Origin: Candidatus Gottesmanbacteria bacterium GW2011_GWA2_43_14
Lineage (GTDB): Bacteria > Patescibacteriota > Microgenomatia > 2-02-FULL-39-11
Direction of reading: 5' to 3'
DNA length: 64,000 nt
Assembly: GCA_000999095.1 (NCBI GenBank)
Contig: LCFP01000002.1
Coordinates: 69,736 to 133,735 of the forward strand
Below are positions 36,625-46,048 of the stretch, one piece after another. Position 1 is the stretch's first letter. The number at the start of each line of letters is the position of its first letter. A model generated the notes under the pieces. That model did not search any database and had not been told where the DNA came from. It saw only the letters and a list, made by a program, of their open reading frames with translations. The translations under genes were made by a program, and so were the position numbers.

Positions 36625-37359
36625 TCAAAAGAATAAATTATCATTGCCTACAGGAACCTGTGACGGAAATTCCGGCGGTTGACGATCCAAAACCATATTT
36701 TGCGAGACTCTTTCAATAATTTGCCGGTATTCGTGTTTGATTTGCGGCAGGGGCGAATCAATTTTGCCTATGGTCTTTGGCAGCGGATTAAAATAGGCAT
36801 TACCGTCAATACTGGAGCGGACCGAACCGTCATCAAGCATGGTCAGCTGTAAGTGGTTAACAGTTATCATTCTCCCCGATAAATTAGTTAAGGATCTCAA
36901 AAAAATTTCTATTTGCCCGATATCTCCGGTCACTTCAAGGTTAATCGGTAAAAGAAATGAAGGCTCCCCGACCGGTTTTTTTAAAAGTGCCGATGAAGTA
37001 GATACTACCCCAAGCTGAAAATCGCTTCTGGTAACAAAGACTCCGGTTGACTGCTGTAATTGGTCAAGTGTAGAAAATAAAAGGACATAGTCTTTTGAGG
37101 CGGGAACAATCATATTTAACCTGGCGAAATCTTCCGCCAGGACGTCCCTGTTTTGCAAAGTCAACAATGCTTCTTTTTTTTTCAGCTGCACTAATTTAGT
37201 TGTCAGTTCTTTCCGCTCAGTAAAAATAGTCGTAATCCGCAGGAAATTCGGCAGAAGAAGTTTGACAGTCAATATCAGTATAAACAAAACTACCACAAAA
37301 GAGGAAAGGACTGATTCGTATTTAAGGATAAAAGATTTAATTTTCAGACGGTTTTTCAT
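36625..37359 (-). CDS. Type IV pilus assembly protein PilO-like (bitopic, coiled-coil)
   Basis: N-terminal TM, coiled-coil, then a periplasmic domain. Positioned after pilM-pilN and overlapping by 4 nt. Assignment is by context and architecture only. Confidence 0.4.
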   Translation of the reverse strand: MKNRLKIKSFILKYESVLSSFVVVLFILILTVKLLLPNFLRITTIFTERKELTTKLVQLKKKEALLTLQNRDVLAEDFARLNMIVPASKDYVLLFSTLDQLQQSTGVFVTRSDFQLGVVSTSSALLKKPVGEPSFLLPINLEVTGDIGQIEIFLRSLTNLSGRMITVNHLQLTMLDDGSVRSSIDGNAYFNPLPKTIGKIDSPLPQIKHEYRQIIERVSQNMVLDRQPPEFPSQVPVGNDNLFF

Positions 37360-37922
37360 GAAGTAGCTGCCGGACTTTTCCTATATTTCAGGGAAATGGT
37401 CATGGTGTAACTGCCGTCCTTGTCACGCAAAATCCCCTGAGCTTTTATATCTGAAAACACGGCATCTATCTGCTTGTTTAAAAGCTCGCCTACAAAAACT
37501 TCCAGAGCCGTCAGGGAATAGGCTGTCAGGGAAAATGACATCTGTCCGTTGCGGTCGACAGTCAGTGTTTTTATATCAATCTCATCTGAATCTATCCCAT
37601 AGACTTCCGGTAAAGTATCGGCAACGGTACTGAAATTTTTAGCTAAAATTTTGTTGATCACATCAAGTATATTGAAAGTTGCCAGATATAAGCCTTCAGT
37701 CGCCTGGTAAGACGTTATTTTCTTTTCGCTGGAGGTTACTTCGGCTTTTAATTTGTTGTATTCGCTGGTATTCAACTTGAGATAAATCAGGGAAATGGAA
37801 TATAACAGGACAAACAATATAAGGCAGACAGCCGCGGTTACGGGGGCAAATTTTTTCAGCCTTTTCAATACAGGCAAGTCATCATCTTTCTCGATTATCA
37901 GATTGATTGTTTTCTTGCTCAT
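37356..37922 (-). CDS. Type IV pilus assembly protein PilN-like
   Basis: INLIIEKDD N-terminus (INLLP-like), a single TM, and a coiled-coil. Coupled to pilM. Confidence 0.5.
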   Translation of the reverse strand: MSKKTINLIIEKDDDLPVLKRLKKFAPVTAAVCLILFVLLYSISLIYLKLNTSEYNKLKAEVTSSEKKITSYQATEGLYLATFNILDVINKILAKNFSTVADTLPEVYGIDSDEIDIKTLTVDRNGQMSFSLTAYSLTALEVFVGELLNKQIDAVFSDIKAQGILRDKDGSYTMTISLKYRKSPAATS

Positions 37923-38944
37923 AATTCCTTTAAAGCCAGACCTACGGCTGTGGTATAGATCGGACTGTCAGCGGTCAAAGAATTCAAGATTTCCTCATTA
38001 GCCTGGATATTGATGAAAGGATTTGAGATTTGTGAATTGATGCCGATATTTTTGGTTGTAGAAAGCATAAGACCGGGCATTTTGGCCGTTCCGCCCAGGA
38101 TAACCACCGTCATCAGTTCCTCTTTGGGGTATTCTTCCTTAAAGTAAGCGATATTTTTTTCCATTTCGGTAAATATATTGTTAAAAAAAGGAGTGACGAT
38201 TTTATATATTTTGCCTTCAAGTTTCGATTCATCCATGCCATAAGTGTTTTTATATTCTTCAGCCTGGGCAAAATCAAATCCCAATTCTTCTGAAATGGCC
38301 CGCGTCAAAGTATTGCCTCCCAAAGGATACGTCCTGGTAAATATCATCAGGTGGTTTCTGATTAAGGCAATATCGGTATTGTTGGAACCGATCGAAACCA
38401 GCAGCAGGTTGGGCAAGGTCGGCAGTGAATGCACGACACTCCTGGCCGAAGAGATTATCTCCGTTTCCAAAGCTACCGGATTTAACCCGGCCAGATTGAT
38501 GATGCGCATGTATTTTTCAATCAGCGTAATCGGTGCCGCAACCAAAATTATCTTGAGTTTGCTATTGCTTTCACTTTTGCCGATAACTGAATAGTCAAGT
38601 TTGACTTTTGAAAGCGGCAGGGGAATATACTGTTCAGCTTCCCACTGGATACTCTGCTCGATCTCCTTTTCGTTCATTTCAGGGATTTCGATTACCTGGG
38701 TAATAACTTTGTATGAAGGTAGGGATGCGGCTACATCCGCGGAATTAACTTTCATATCGGAAACCAGCTGGTTTATGGCTTTTGCCATGATTTGCTCATC
38801 GGTTCTGCCGACCATGTCAATTTCAACTTTTGGAGTCAGAATATAGCCGGCCGATAACAGAGAAACATTATTTTTGGAACGGGACAACTGAACAGCTTTT
38901 ATTGTATGGGAACCGATGTCCAAACCGAGCAGTATTTTGGCCAT
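37919..38944 (-). CDS. pilM: Type IV pilus assembly protein PilM (actin-like ATPase fold)
   Basis: GLDIGSHTIKAVQL, IQWEAEQYIPLP, ILGGTAKMPGL are canonical PilM motifs. Confidence 0.8.
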   Translation of the reverse strand: MAKILLGLDIGSHTIKAVQLSRSKNNVSLLSAGYILTPKVEIDMVGRTDEQIMAKAINQLVSDMKVNSADVAASLPSYKVITQVIEIPEMNEKEIEQSIQWEAEQYIPLPLSKVKLDYSVIGKSESNSKLKIILVAAPITLIEKYMRIINLAGLNPVALETEIISSARSVVHSLPTLPNLLLVSIGSNNTDIALIRNHLMIFTRTYPLGGNTLTRAISEELGFDFAQAEEYKNTYGMDESKLEGKIYKIVTPFFNNIFTEMEKNIAYFKEEYPKEELMTVVILGGTAKMPGLMLSTTKNIGINSQISNPFINIQANEEILNSLTADSPIYTTAVGLALKEL

Positions 38945-39004
38945 ATATTTAGTATCTAATCACCCGGCAACAATGTCAATCCGGCAAGGAAAAAATAACT
39001 CAGG

Positions 39005-39859
39005 CTAATTTTCGGAGAAGAAGGAAAAATCAAGTAAAGTAGGCAGAACAGGAAATCCCTGGTATACCTGAATTTTTCTGACAATATTAGTATTGGTCTG
39101 GCCTATTGAAGTGATGATTTTCCCCTGCAGAGGTAAATTTTGCGCCGGATCGACTGCAAATGAAGTCGGGGCATACAATGGCTGAAGGCGCATCAAAAGC
39201 ATTAAAGCGTCAGCCGGTAAACCGAAATCATCCGTAGCCGGATCAATGTCGGAACCGGCTACTATGACTATGCGGTAAGAGTAATCACCCTGGCAATAAC
39301 CTCCCAAAATCTCAGCCGGAATGAAGTTATTACCGCGGTTTTCAGGGTCATAGGCTTTTTTGGCCACTTTATAACTGCCTGCATCCTTGTAAAAAAGTGT
39401 AATCAGAACAGCGGCTGCTCCTGTCGATTGACTTCCCCAGCAAATTTCCAAATTGCTTCCGGCAGGATAAGCATAGCCGGCCTCATTCAGACTGTCATCC
39501 GGGTTGTGGTCTAACAGCCAAACATGCTGGGTATCTCCCGGAACTGTCAAAGGCATAACCAGAGGATCACTGGAACCACCGATCGTTTTCACTGAGTAAT
39601 TGGCGGAAGCCCCAGGCAGATTTACGGTACCGGTCGGGCCAATTGCCACGTTTCCTCCTAAGGCAGTTTCAATACCGGCTTCAGCAGCGGAAAAAGCCCG
39701 TGATGACTGTTCTATTTGTGAGGTAATGCGTACATCGGTAATGGTGCGTGAAATCAGGGAAAGACCGATTGTCAAACCGACTACCGTCAGTAGGACTAAT
39801 ATCAGGACAATTTGGCCCCGGTTCTCCCTCTGCATTTTTTTTATATAGTTATTTTTCAT
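39005..39859 (-). CDS. PilX-like minor-pilin/pilus assembly protein (PilX_N-type N-terminus)
   Basis: RGQIVLILVLLTVVGLTIGLSLISRTITDVRITSQIEQSSRAFSAAEAGIE matches the PilX N-domain pattern (RG..L..LL.L..L......E.R.....Q..AF.AAEAG). Confidence 0.45.
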   Translation of the reverse strand: MKNNYIKKMQRENRGQIVLILVLLTVVGLTIGLSLISRTITDVRITSQIEQSSRAFSAAEAGIETALGGNVAIGPTGTVNLPGASANYSVKTIGGSSDPLVMPLTVPGDTQHVWLLDHNPDDSLNEAGYAYPAGSNLEICWGSQSTGAAAVLITLFYKDAGSYKVAKKAYDPENRGNNFIPAEILGGYCQGDYSYRIVIVAGSDIDPATDDFGLPADALMLLMRLQPLYAPTSFAVDPAQNLPLQGKIITSIGQTNTNIVRKIQVYQGFPVLPTLLDFSFFSEN

Positions 39860-42800
39860 GGTGATAAATCCTGCCAGTTCACCCTGGACCGGCCCAGGAA
39901 CGGCAATAGCTTTACCAAATAGCCTGGCTGGTATATGAACTGGTAGGTCGGTATATTCTGGTCAATAAAAGTCCTGGCAAAATTAAACCGTTTGGCATAA
40001 AGCATACCGTCAATGATTATCGGCAGATCGGATGAGGCTATACTGATAGTCTGGCTGCTGATGTAAAGCCCTGGAATCCGGCTGACATTGGCACCGATCT
40101 GGATATAGCCGTTAACAATAAATACCACAATGTCCTCAGGATCGGCAAGAGAAAAATTATCACTAATTTCCATAGTGCCGGAAACAAGCATCACTGTTAC
40201 ATCAGGACCGGCGGTACGGTTGCCGTCAAAAGACGGATCAAGTGTATATAATCCAGATCCCAGGTAAGCATAAACGGAATTTTGCTCATCCAAATCACCC
40301 GAACCTTCAGGAGTGGGGGTGGGAGCGGAAACATTGGGTAAAACAATAACGGTATACATCGATTTGCCCGTAGCTCCGTTTGTGCCGACCGTGACTGTGC
40401 CCGCCGGAAATTCTTTGGCATAAAGACGGAAATTTTTAGGTATATTTTCACTGTTAACAAGATAAAAACCCGTATCAGTCCAGCCGGAAAGCCAGGCGGG
40501 TTTAGGTGTAATAGTACTTTCATGAGCGACATAAGCGGTAACGTCAATATTGACTTCAAAGGTCACCAATGGTTCTGTAGTATAAGCCCGGGAATCATTG
40601 GCTGATTGTACCCAGGCAGCACCCAGGAATTCGGCAGGAATTGAGTTCAAAACATAAGTTCTGTCACCGAACTGGGTATCTCCTGTCTGTAAATTGCTTT
40701 TAATATGCCAGTCAACAGCATTGGCCATATCATTTACTGCCAAATTGGAAATAGCCAGGGGAGCCGGCGTGACTTCAGCCGGGGCATTGATTACACCGAT
40801 TACATTATTGTTTACACTTTTAGCCTTGTTTTTCAATGATTCCCAATAGTAGCTGAATGAATAGGCGTTGGTAAACGTCCCCGGAACTTCCCAGTCAATT
40901 GGAGCGGATGATCCCAAACCGTAGTTGCCGCTGCCGCTGTTGGACCAGATCAGGCCGGCTGAATAAGGATTTTCGACCGGAGTCGGCAGGAGATCAAGGA
41001 AGTACTTGCCGCTGGGTACGGGCTGATTTATCACTGGCTGATAGATATCGCCGCCGAGAATTTGCAGCCAGGCACCCAAGGTGGGTGTCGGTGTGACTGT
41101 CGGACTTGGGGGCACTGCTGTCGGTCCTCCCGGTGTCGGTGTATTTCCGTAATTTATCCTGGGGGCGGTGAAACTGCCTCCGGTATCGGATTTTTCAGAG
41201 ATATTGCCTGCTGAATCCTGAGTGGCCACTTCGGCATATAACTCCTGGCCGTCTTCAACAACCACTGTTATGGAAGTCTGATCTCCAATCCAGCCTGGAT
41301 CCCAGCTCTCTCCGGTCGAAGTCCAGAAGTAAGGATGGTAATTGACGGTATTGGCACAGCCCTCAGAAACAGTTTCAAACCAGGTGCATGTAAAAAAGGA
41401 TTCTCCTGTAACATAATTCTGGTAATCCAAAGTGCATACCGGCGGATCAGGCGGTTCAGGGGGAGTATAATCTAAAGAAAGCAACCTGGAAGGTGCCTGT
41501 CCCGAATCAGGGCAGGATGAAGACTGGGTTATGGCTGACCACCAGAATGACTCAGTCTGATTCAACTCCATCTCTCCCGGCGTCCAGACACTATCACCTG
41601 AAGGTATGACGGAATTCCCGTTTACGTCCAGTCCGTTTGATAAGAAAAAATGAGCCCAGACATTATCGCCGTTGGGATCTTCAACGTAAGCTGAAAAGTC
41701 AGGCTTAAAGTTCAGGCAGACATCGTGTTCCGGAGACTGCAAATCAGGTGTGGGTAAAGTTTGACATTCAGTCGGCGGTTCAATGGCTGAAGTCGGGGTT
41801 ACCTGGGCAGTCGGGGCAATTCCGGAAAGAGTCGGAGTCGGGGTGTTTTCAGGCAGGCCGCCGCCGGGTGGTGTCGGAGTCGGGGTGCCCGGCTGATAGG
41901 TTGGAGTTATGGTTATATAAGGAAAATCAACAATAACTTCACTGCCGGCCACGATAGCCATCTGGGGATTTGTATAATTGAGATAAGGTACTGAATTCGC
42001 TGGTTCCGATAAAAGCTCAACCGTATAAATACCGTCAATGGTATTACTAAAACGGTAATTGCCCAATATTCCGGAAATCTGGGAATTTTGACTGGTAGTG
42101 GAATTATAAAGTGTTCCGTACAAATTTATGCCTATTCCGCCGATTAATCCTTCTGAGGCTGCCGTAGACCTGTTTATATTATTATTGGTTTCGTTGTAAA
42201 GCCAACCGTAAATCTGGTATTGCGTGGGGGTCGGGGAGGAAGTCGGTTGCGGTGCAGGCCTAATTGCTAATCCGTTCATCACCCAGTCAGTATTTCCGGA
42301 AAACAGATGATTGACATTGTCTGAACCGGAAACAGCCAGCATACGGTCATGAATATAAAGACGTGTTCTTACACCCACAAAATCGGTGGCTCTCTGAGTG
42401 TAATCAGGATCAGCAGTCTGGATAGTTGTATTCCTGGCATCAGTAGCTGCGAATAAAACCGAATTCGGGGTCGTTGAAGTTAAAGTCAAAAGCGAATTGG
42501 TGTTATTAACACCTCCGGTACAGGTAGTATCATTCTGACCCAAGGTATTTGAACCGGCCCAGTTTTGCACCGGATTTGCCGGATCCGCCCCGGAATAGCC
42601 GGATACGGAGCCAACGACCTCAGAAACTGACACTCCATAATTAATGGTTACATTCCCATTAGCCGGAGAACCGAAGGCGGTCCAAATATCCATGCGACTG
42701 GCGCTGTTTGCTGAACACTGAGTTCTCCTCTTAGTCCAGGATAAACCTAACCCGCTGACAGCGGATACCGTTGATGTACCCCTGTTAGCAGCTGTCACGA

Positions 42801-43041
42801 CATACAGCCTGTTGGTACCGCCCGTAGCCGGACAGACCACCTGGGTGACATTTGTACCTTTACAGATCTGCGTAATTATGTGGGTAGGAATAATCGGTGT
42901 CGGTGTCGGTGCTGAAGTTATTTCAGGTATGGTTGGATATTGGGCTTGGGCTTGTCTGCCCCATGAGCGTGAAATCAATCCGGTTAAGAATACTATTACC
43001 ACTAATGGAATAATAGACAACCAATACCTTTTGCCAAGCAT
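39856..43041 (-). CDS. Large secreted surface protein with Pro/Thr-rich linkers; candidate pilus-associated adhesin (PilY1-like role).
   Basis: 1061 aa, N-terminal signal peptide, multiple PTPTPT linkers. Encoded immediately upstream of the PilX-like gene in the same operon. No catalytic motif recognised. Confidence 0.45.
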   Translation of the reverse strand: MLGKRYWLSIIPLVVIVFLTGLISRSWGRQAQAQYPTIPEITSAPTPTPIIPTHIITQICKGTNVTQVVCPATGGTNRLYVVTAANRGTSTVSAVSGLGLSWTKRRTQCSANSASRMDIWTAFGSPANGNVTINYGVSVSEVVGSVSGYSGADPANPVQNWAGSNTLGQNDTTCTGGVNNTNSLLTLTSTTPNSVLFAATDARNTTIQTADPDYTQRATDFVGVRTRLYIHDRMLAVSGSDNVNHLFSGNTDWVMNGLAIRPAPQPTSSPTPTQYQIYGWLYNETNNNINRSTAASEGLIGGIGINLYGTLYNSTTSQNSQISGILGNYRFSNTIDGIYTVELLSEPANSVPYLNYTNPQMAIVAGSEVIVDFPYITITPTYQPGTPTPTPPGGGLPENTPTPTLSGIAPTAQVTPTSAIEPPTECQTLPTPDLQSPEHDVCLNFKPDFSAYVEDPNGDNVWAHFFLSNGLDVNGNSVIPSGDSVWTPGEMELNQTESFWWSAITQSSSCPDSGQAPSRLLSLDYTPPEPPDPPVCTLDYQNYVTGESFFTCTWFETVSEGCANTVNYHPYFWTSTGESWDPGWIGDQTSITVVVEDGQELYAEVATQDSAGNISEKSDTGGSFTAPRINYGNTPTPGGPTAVPPSPTVTPTPTLGAWLQILGGDIYQPVINQPVPSGKYFLDLLPTPVENPYSAGLIWSNSGSGNYGLGSSAPIDWEVPGTFTNAYSFSYYWESLKNKAKSVNNNVIGVINAPAEVTPAPLAISNLAVNDMANAVDWHIKSNLQTGDTQFGDRTYVLNSIPAEFLGAAWVQSANDSRAYTTEPLVTFEVNIDVTAYVAHESTITPKPAWLSGWTDTGFYLVNSENIPKNFRLYAKEFPAGTVTVGTNGATGKSMYTVIVLPNVSAPTPTPEGSGDLDEQNSVYAYLGSGLYTLDPSFDGNRTAGPDVTVMLVSGTMEISDNFSLADPEDIVVFIVNGYIQIGANVSRIPGLYISSQTISIASSDLPIIIDGMLYAKRFNFARTFIDQNIPTYQFIYQPGYLVKLLPFLGRSRVNWQDLSP

Positions 43042-43072
43042 GATTTAAGAATAGTAATTTGACCCGGTAAAG

Positions 43073-44791
43073 TCAATGAATAATGTTGGCCGCACATGAT
43101 TTAACTTCCTCAGGAGAAAAAGAGATTGATTGGACATTTTTTTTTGCCGATTCGAGATATGCTCTGAAGTCATAATCCGCGGGAAAATCCCTGTTTAAAT
43201 GGAAATGAAACACCGGGCAAAGCCTTGTGGAAATCGATAGGTAGGCATATGCCTTATCCGGATTATCCTGGTTAAAAGCATCTTCAGCCTGGGAGATATA
43301 ATATAAATAGTCCTTCTTCAACAGGCTTTCACTGTCCAGCATATTCAATTCAATTGCCCGACTTAAAAGGACATGGGCCATGTCAGCATATCCCCTCATC
43401 CAATATATCTCGGCTGATTTAAGATAAAGTTCCCGGTTTGACCCGTCCCAGATCAATCCATCGGACAGCACTTTCCGGGCGCCGTCAAAATCACCTTTAT
43501 CAATCAGCTTTTCCGCGTTTTGCATTCGTTTTTCAGTTGTCGGAAGCACTAAAGAACCAACCGTACCTGCGGTCAGCAGCAAAAGTATAAAAAAAAGGGG
43601 CAACCGGATTTGAAACTTTTTACCTTTGGGGACAACCAGAGCTAAAAAGATTAAAAAATACAGCATCAGGGAAAGGAATTGCCAGTCATAATCCATCAGA
43701 TTATGCATCAGTGAAACAAAAAGGACTGTCAGTGCAGTTAAAACCTGTCTGCTGCCGGGACCCGAAAAAAATGACCTGAGAAATAACTGCAAAGATATAC
43801 AGAGGAATAAAACAAACAATAAAACTCCAATCAGTCCCGTATCTGACAACAACTGCAGAATGAAATTATGAGCATACCATGACCATGATAATGGCTGTGT
43901 CTGGTACTTTTGGGATATGTACCGGAAAGTGTCAGGCCCGTTTCCGATGAGAGGCGATTGCCGGAAACCGGAAAGTGACTGGAGGAAATAGCCGGTTCTT
44001 TGTTCAAATCTGAATGGCTTATAATATCCTGCCGGCCTGCCGCTTAAATTAAGGAATTCCGAGTAAAAGTAAGTAAATATAACAAAAACAAAAGATGCCG
44101 CCACAACTGCTTTTGCCGACTTCCGGCTGTACTTCAGCAGATTGGGATCTTTGAAAAATAAAATGGCAACAAGTGACGCTGCCAGGGAAAGATTGGCTCC
44201 GCGGCCGCCTGATAATAACAGCATTCCCGTAAATAAAACCAGAAAACCCATATTAAGCCATTTTTTCCCGTTAATCGGATAGTTAAAAATTAAGACGGGT
44301 ATGGCTAAAATCAAAACCGCGGAGATCCGGTTATGGCCGAAAGAGGCAAAAAATAAGTTCATGCCGTGAGGCAGAGGTAATCGGGGAATAAATTTGTAAA
44401 TTACCGCAAAAAGAGTCAGTACTGTGCTGTTAAAAATTAAGGAAAAATAAAGTAGTCTCCTGGCTTTATTTTTGGCCTCATCTTCCAGCTGACTTACGTA
44501 AATAAAAATTAATAAATAGGCGAGATAACGGAGGACTTCCGCCAGCGAGTAATATAAGGAAGATGAAAACGGTAAAATCAGCACTGTCCAAATTACAAAT
44601 ATTAAAAATAAAATGGACGGTAGGCCGCCGACAAAACTGCGTCGTAAGATTTTTGCCGACAGGATAAGGGAAAATATGACTAAAACCAGTAAAGCAACAG
44701 ACCTATTAACGGATTCAACAAGTGGCAGGGCGAAAAGAAGGCAAAATACGGATAGGGAAAAATATTTTGCGGTCCTTATGAAAATGTTCAT
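43073..44791 (-). CDS. Wzy_C (O-antigen ligase/O-oligosaccharyltransferase family) polytopic membrane protein with C-terminal TPR repeats.
   Basis: About 12 TM helices with a large loop; C-terminal TPR-like repeats (KLIDKGDFDGARKVL..AEIYWMRGYADMAHVLLSRAIE). Confidence 0.55.
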   Translation of the reverse strand: MNIFIRTAKYFSLSVFCLLFALPLVESVNRSVALLVLVIFSLILSAKILRRSFVGGLPSILFLIFVIWTVLILPFSSSLYYSLAEVLRYLAYLLIFIYVSQLEDEAKNKARRLLYFSLIFNSTVLTLFAVIYKFIPRLPLPHGMNLFFASFGHNRISAVLILAIPVLIFNYPINGKKWLNMGFLVLFTGMLLLSGGRGANLSLAASLVAILFFKDPNLLKYSRKSAKAVVAASFVFVIFTYFYSEFLNLSGRPAGYYKPFRFEQRTGYFLQSLSGFRQSPLIGNGPDTFRYISQKYQTQPLSWSWYAHNFILQLLSDTGLIGVLLFVLFLCISLQLFLRSFFSGPGSRQVLTALTVLFVSLMHNLMDYDWQFLSLMLYFLIFLALVVPKGKKFQIRLPLFFILLLLTAGTVGSLVLPTTEKRMQNAEKLIDKGDFDGARKVLSDGLIWDGSNRELYLKSAEIYWMRGYADMAHVLLSRAIELNMLDSESLLKKDYLYYISQAEDAFNQDNPDKAYAYLSISTRLCPVFHFHLNRDFPADYDFRAYLESAKKNVQSISFSPEEVKSCAANIIH

Positions 44792-44884
44792 TGATCTTAA
44801 TACTTTTTACCCGGAATTATTCTATGTCAAGCCGGGTTTTTAATAAAGGATGAAAGACGGATCAATAATATATAATACCTTCAA

Positions 44885-46048
44885 ATGAAAATCGCCATGG
44901 TTGTTTATGCCCAATATTCCCGCGATGCCAGAGTCAGGCGTTATGCCGAAAGCCTGGCAGGCAAAGGACACCAGGTTGATATTATTTGTTTAAAGGAGGA
45001 TTATTCACCGCAATATAAAAAGCTGAAGCTTTATAAGTTTCCTTTTCCCAGAAGAAGGAAAAACTTTTCCTGGTATTTTTTAGAGTACGGTTTATTTTTT
45101 TGCTATACTTTCGGTCTTCTGTCAATTCTCTCTTTGTTCAAAAAATATAAGATTGTCCATATTCACAATATGCCGGATTTCCTGGTTTTTACTGCCGTTA
45201 TGCCCAAATTCCGGGGCAGCCGGATCATTCTTGACATGCATGATCCCATGCCGGAACTGTTGATGACTAAATACCGTTTGAATCACTCCCACTGGCTGAT
45301 GAATTTGGTATATTTTTTGGAGAGGCAAGCCTTTATTTTCGCCGACAAAATAATAACTGCCAACAGTGAGTTTAAAAAGATATTTTTGGAAAGGCAGACT
45401 ATTTCCGCTGATAAGATTGAAGTCATACTGAATTACCCTGATCCCAAATTATTTAAACCCGTGAGCAGAAAAACGGCATCGGAAAATTTCATTTTAATGT
45501 ACATGGGAACAGTTGACGAGCGTTTCGGGCTGGATATCGCCTTGGAGGCAATCCCGGCAATTAAAAATAAAATTCCTCAAATCAAGTTGATTATCATCCC
45601 GAAAATATCCGGCGAGGGCAATTACTACAGCCAATTAGTGCAGCGTATTACCAAGCTGAAAATCGGACGGTATGTGGAAATACGTAAGCCGGTGGCGCTG
45701 GATGAAATCGCCAAAGAAATTCACCTGGCTGATATCGGGTTAACCTTGGTCAAAAAAAATCTTTTTACGGAAAAAATCTTACCTTTGAAACTGACGGAAT
45801 TTATGGCGGGCGGTATTCCCGTGATTGCCACAAGAACCAAACTACTGAGCAGATATTTTTCCGGCAAAATGATCTGTTATCTTACGGAAAATACTTCAGC
45901 GGAATTCAGCCGTAAAGTTCTGTTTCTATACCGGAATAAAAAACAAAGGGAATTATACGGCAAAAATGCCCTGTTGTTTTTCCGGAAATATAACTGGCAC
46001 ATGGAAGAAAAAAAATATTACCGCATAATCCGGACATTGACACAGTAA
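44885..46048 (+). CDS. Glycosyltransferase family 4 (GT-B fold)
   Basis: C-terminal E..GIPVIAT motif (LTEFMAGGIPVIATRT). TATAAT 8 nt upstream of the ATG. Confidence 0.7.
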   Translation: MKIAMVVYAQYSRDARVRRYAESLAGKGHQVDIICLKEDYSPQYKKLKLYKFPFPRRRKNFSWYFLEYGLFFCYTFGLLSILSLFKKYKIVHIHNMPDFLVFTAVMPKFRGSRIILDMHDPMPELLMTKYRLNHSHWLMNLVYFLERQAFIFADKIITANSEFKKIFLERQTISADKIEVILNYPDPKLFKPVSRKTASENFILMYMGTVDERFGLDIALEAIPAIKNKIPQIKLIIIPKISGEGNYYSQLVQRITKLKIGRYVEIRKPVALDEIAKEIHLADIGLTLVKKNLFTEKILPLKLTEFMAGGIPVIATRTKLLSRYFSGKMICYLTENTSAEFSRKVLFLYRNKKQRELYGKNALLFFRKYNWHMEEKKYYRIIRTLTQ

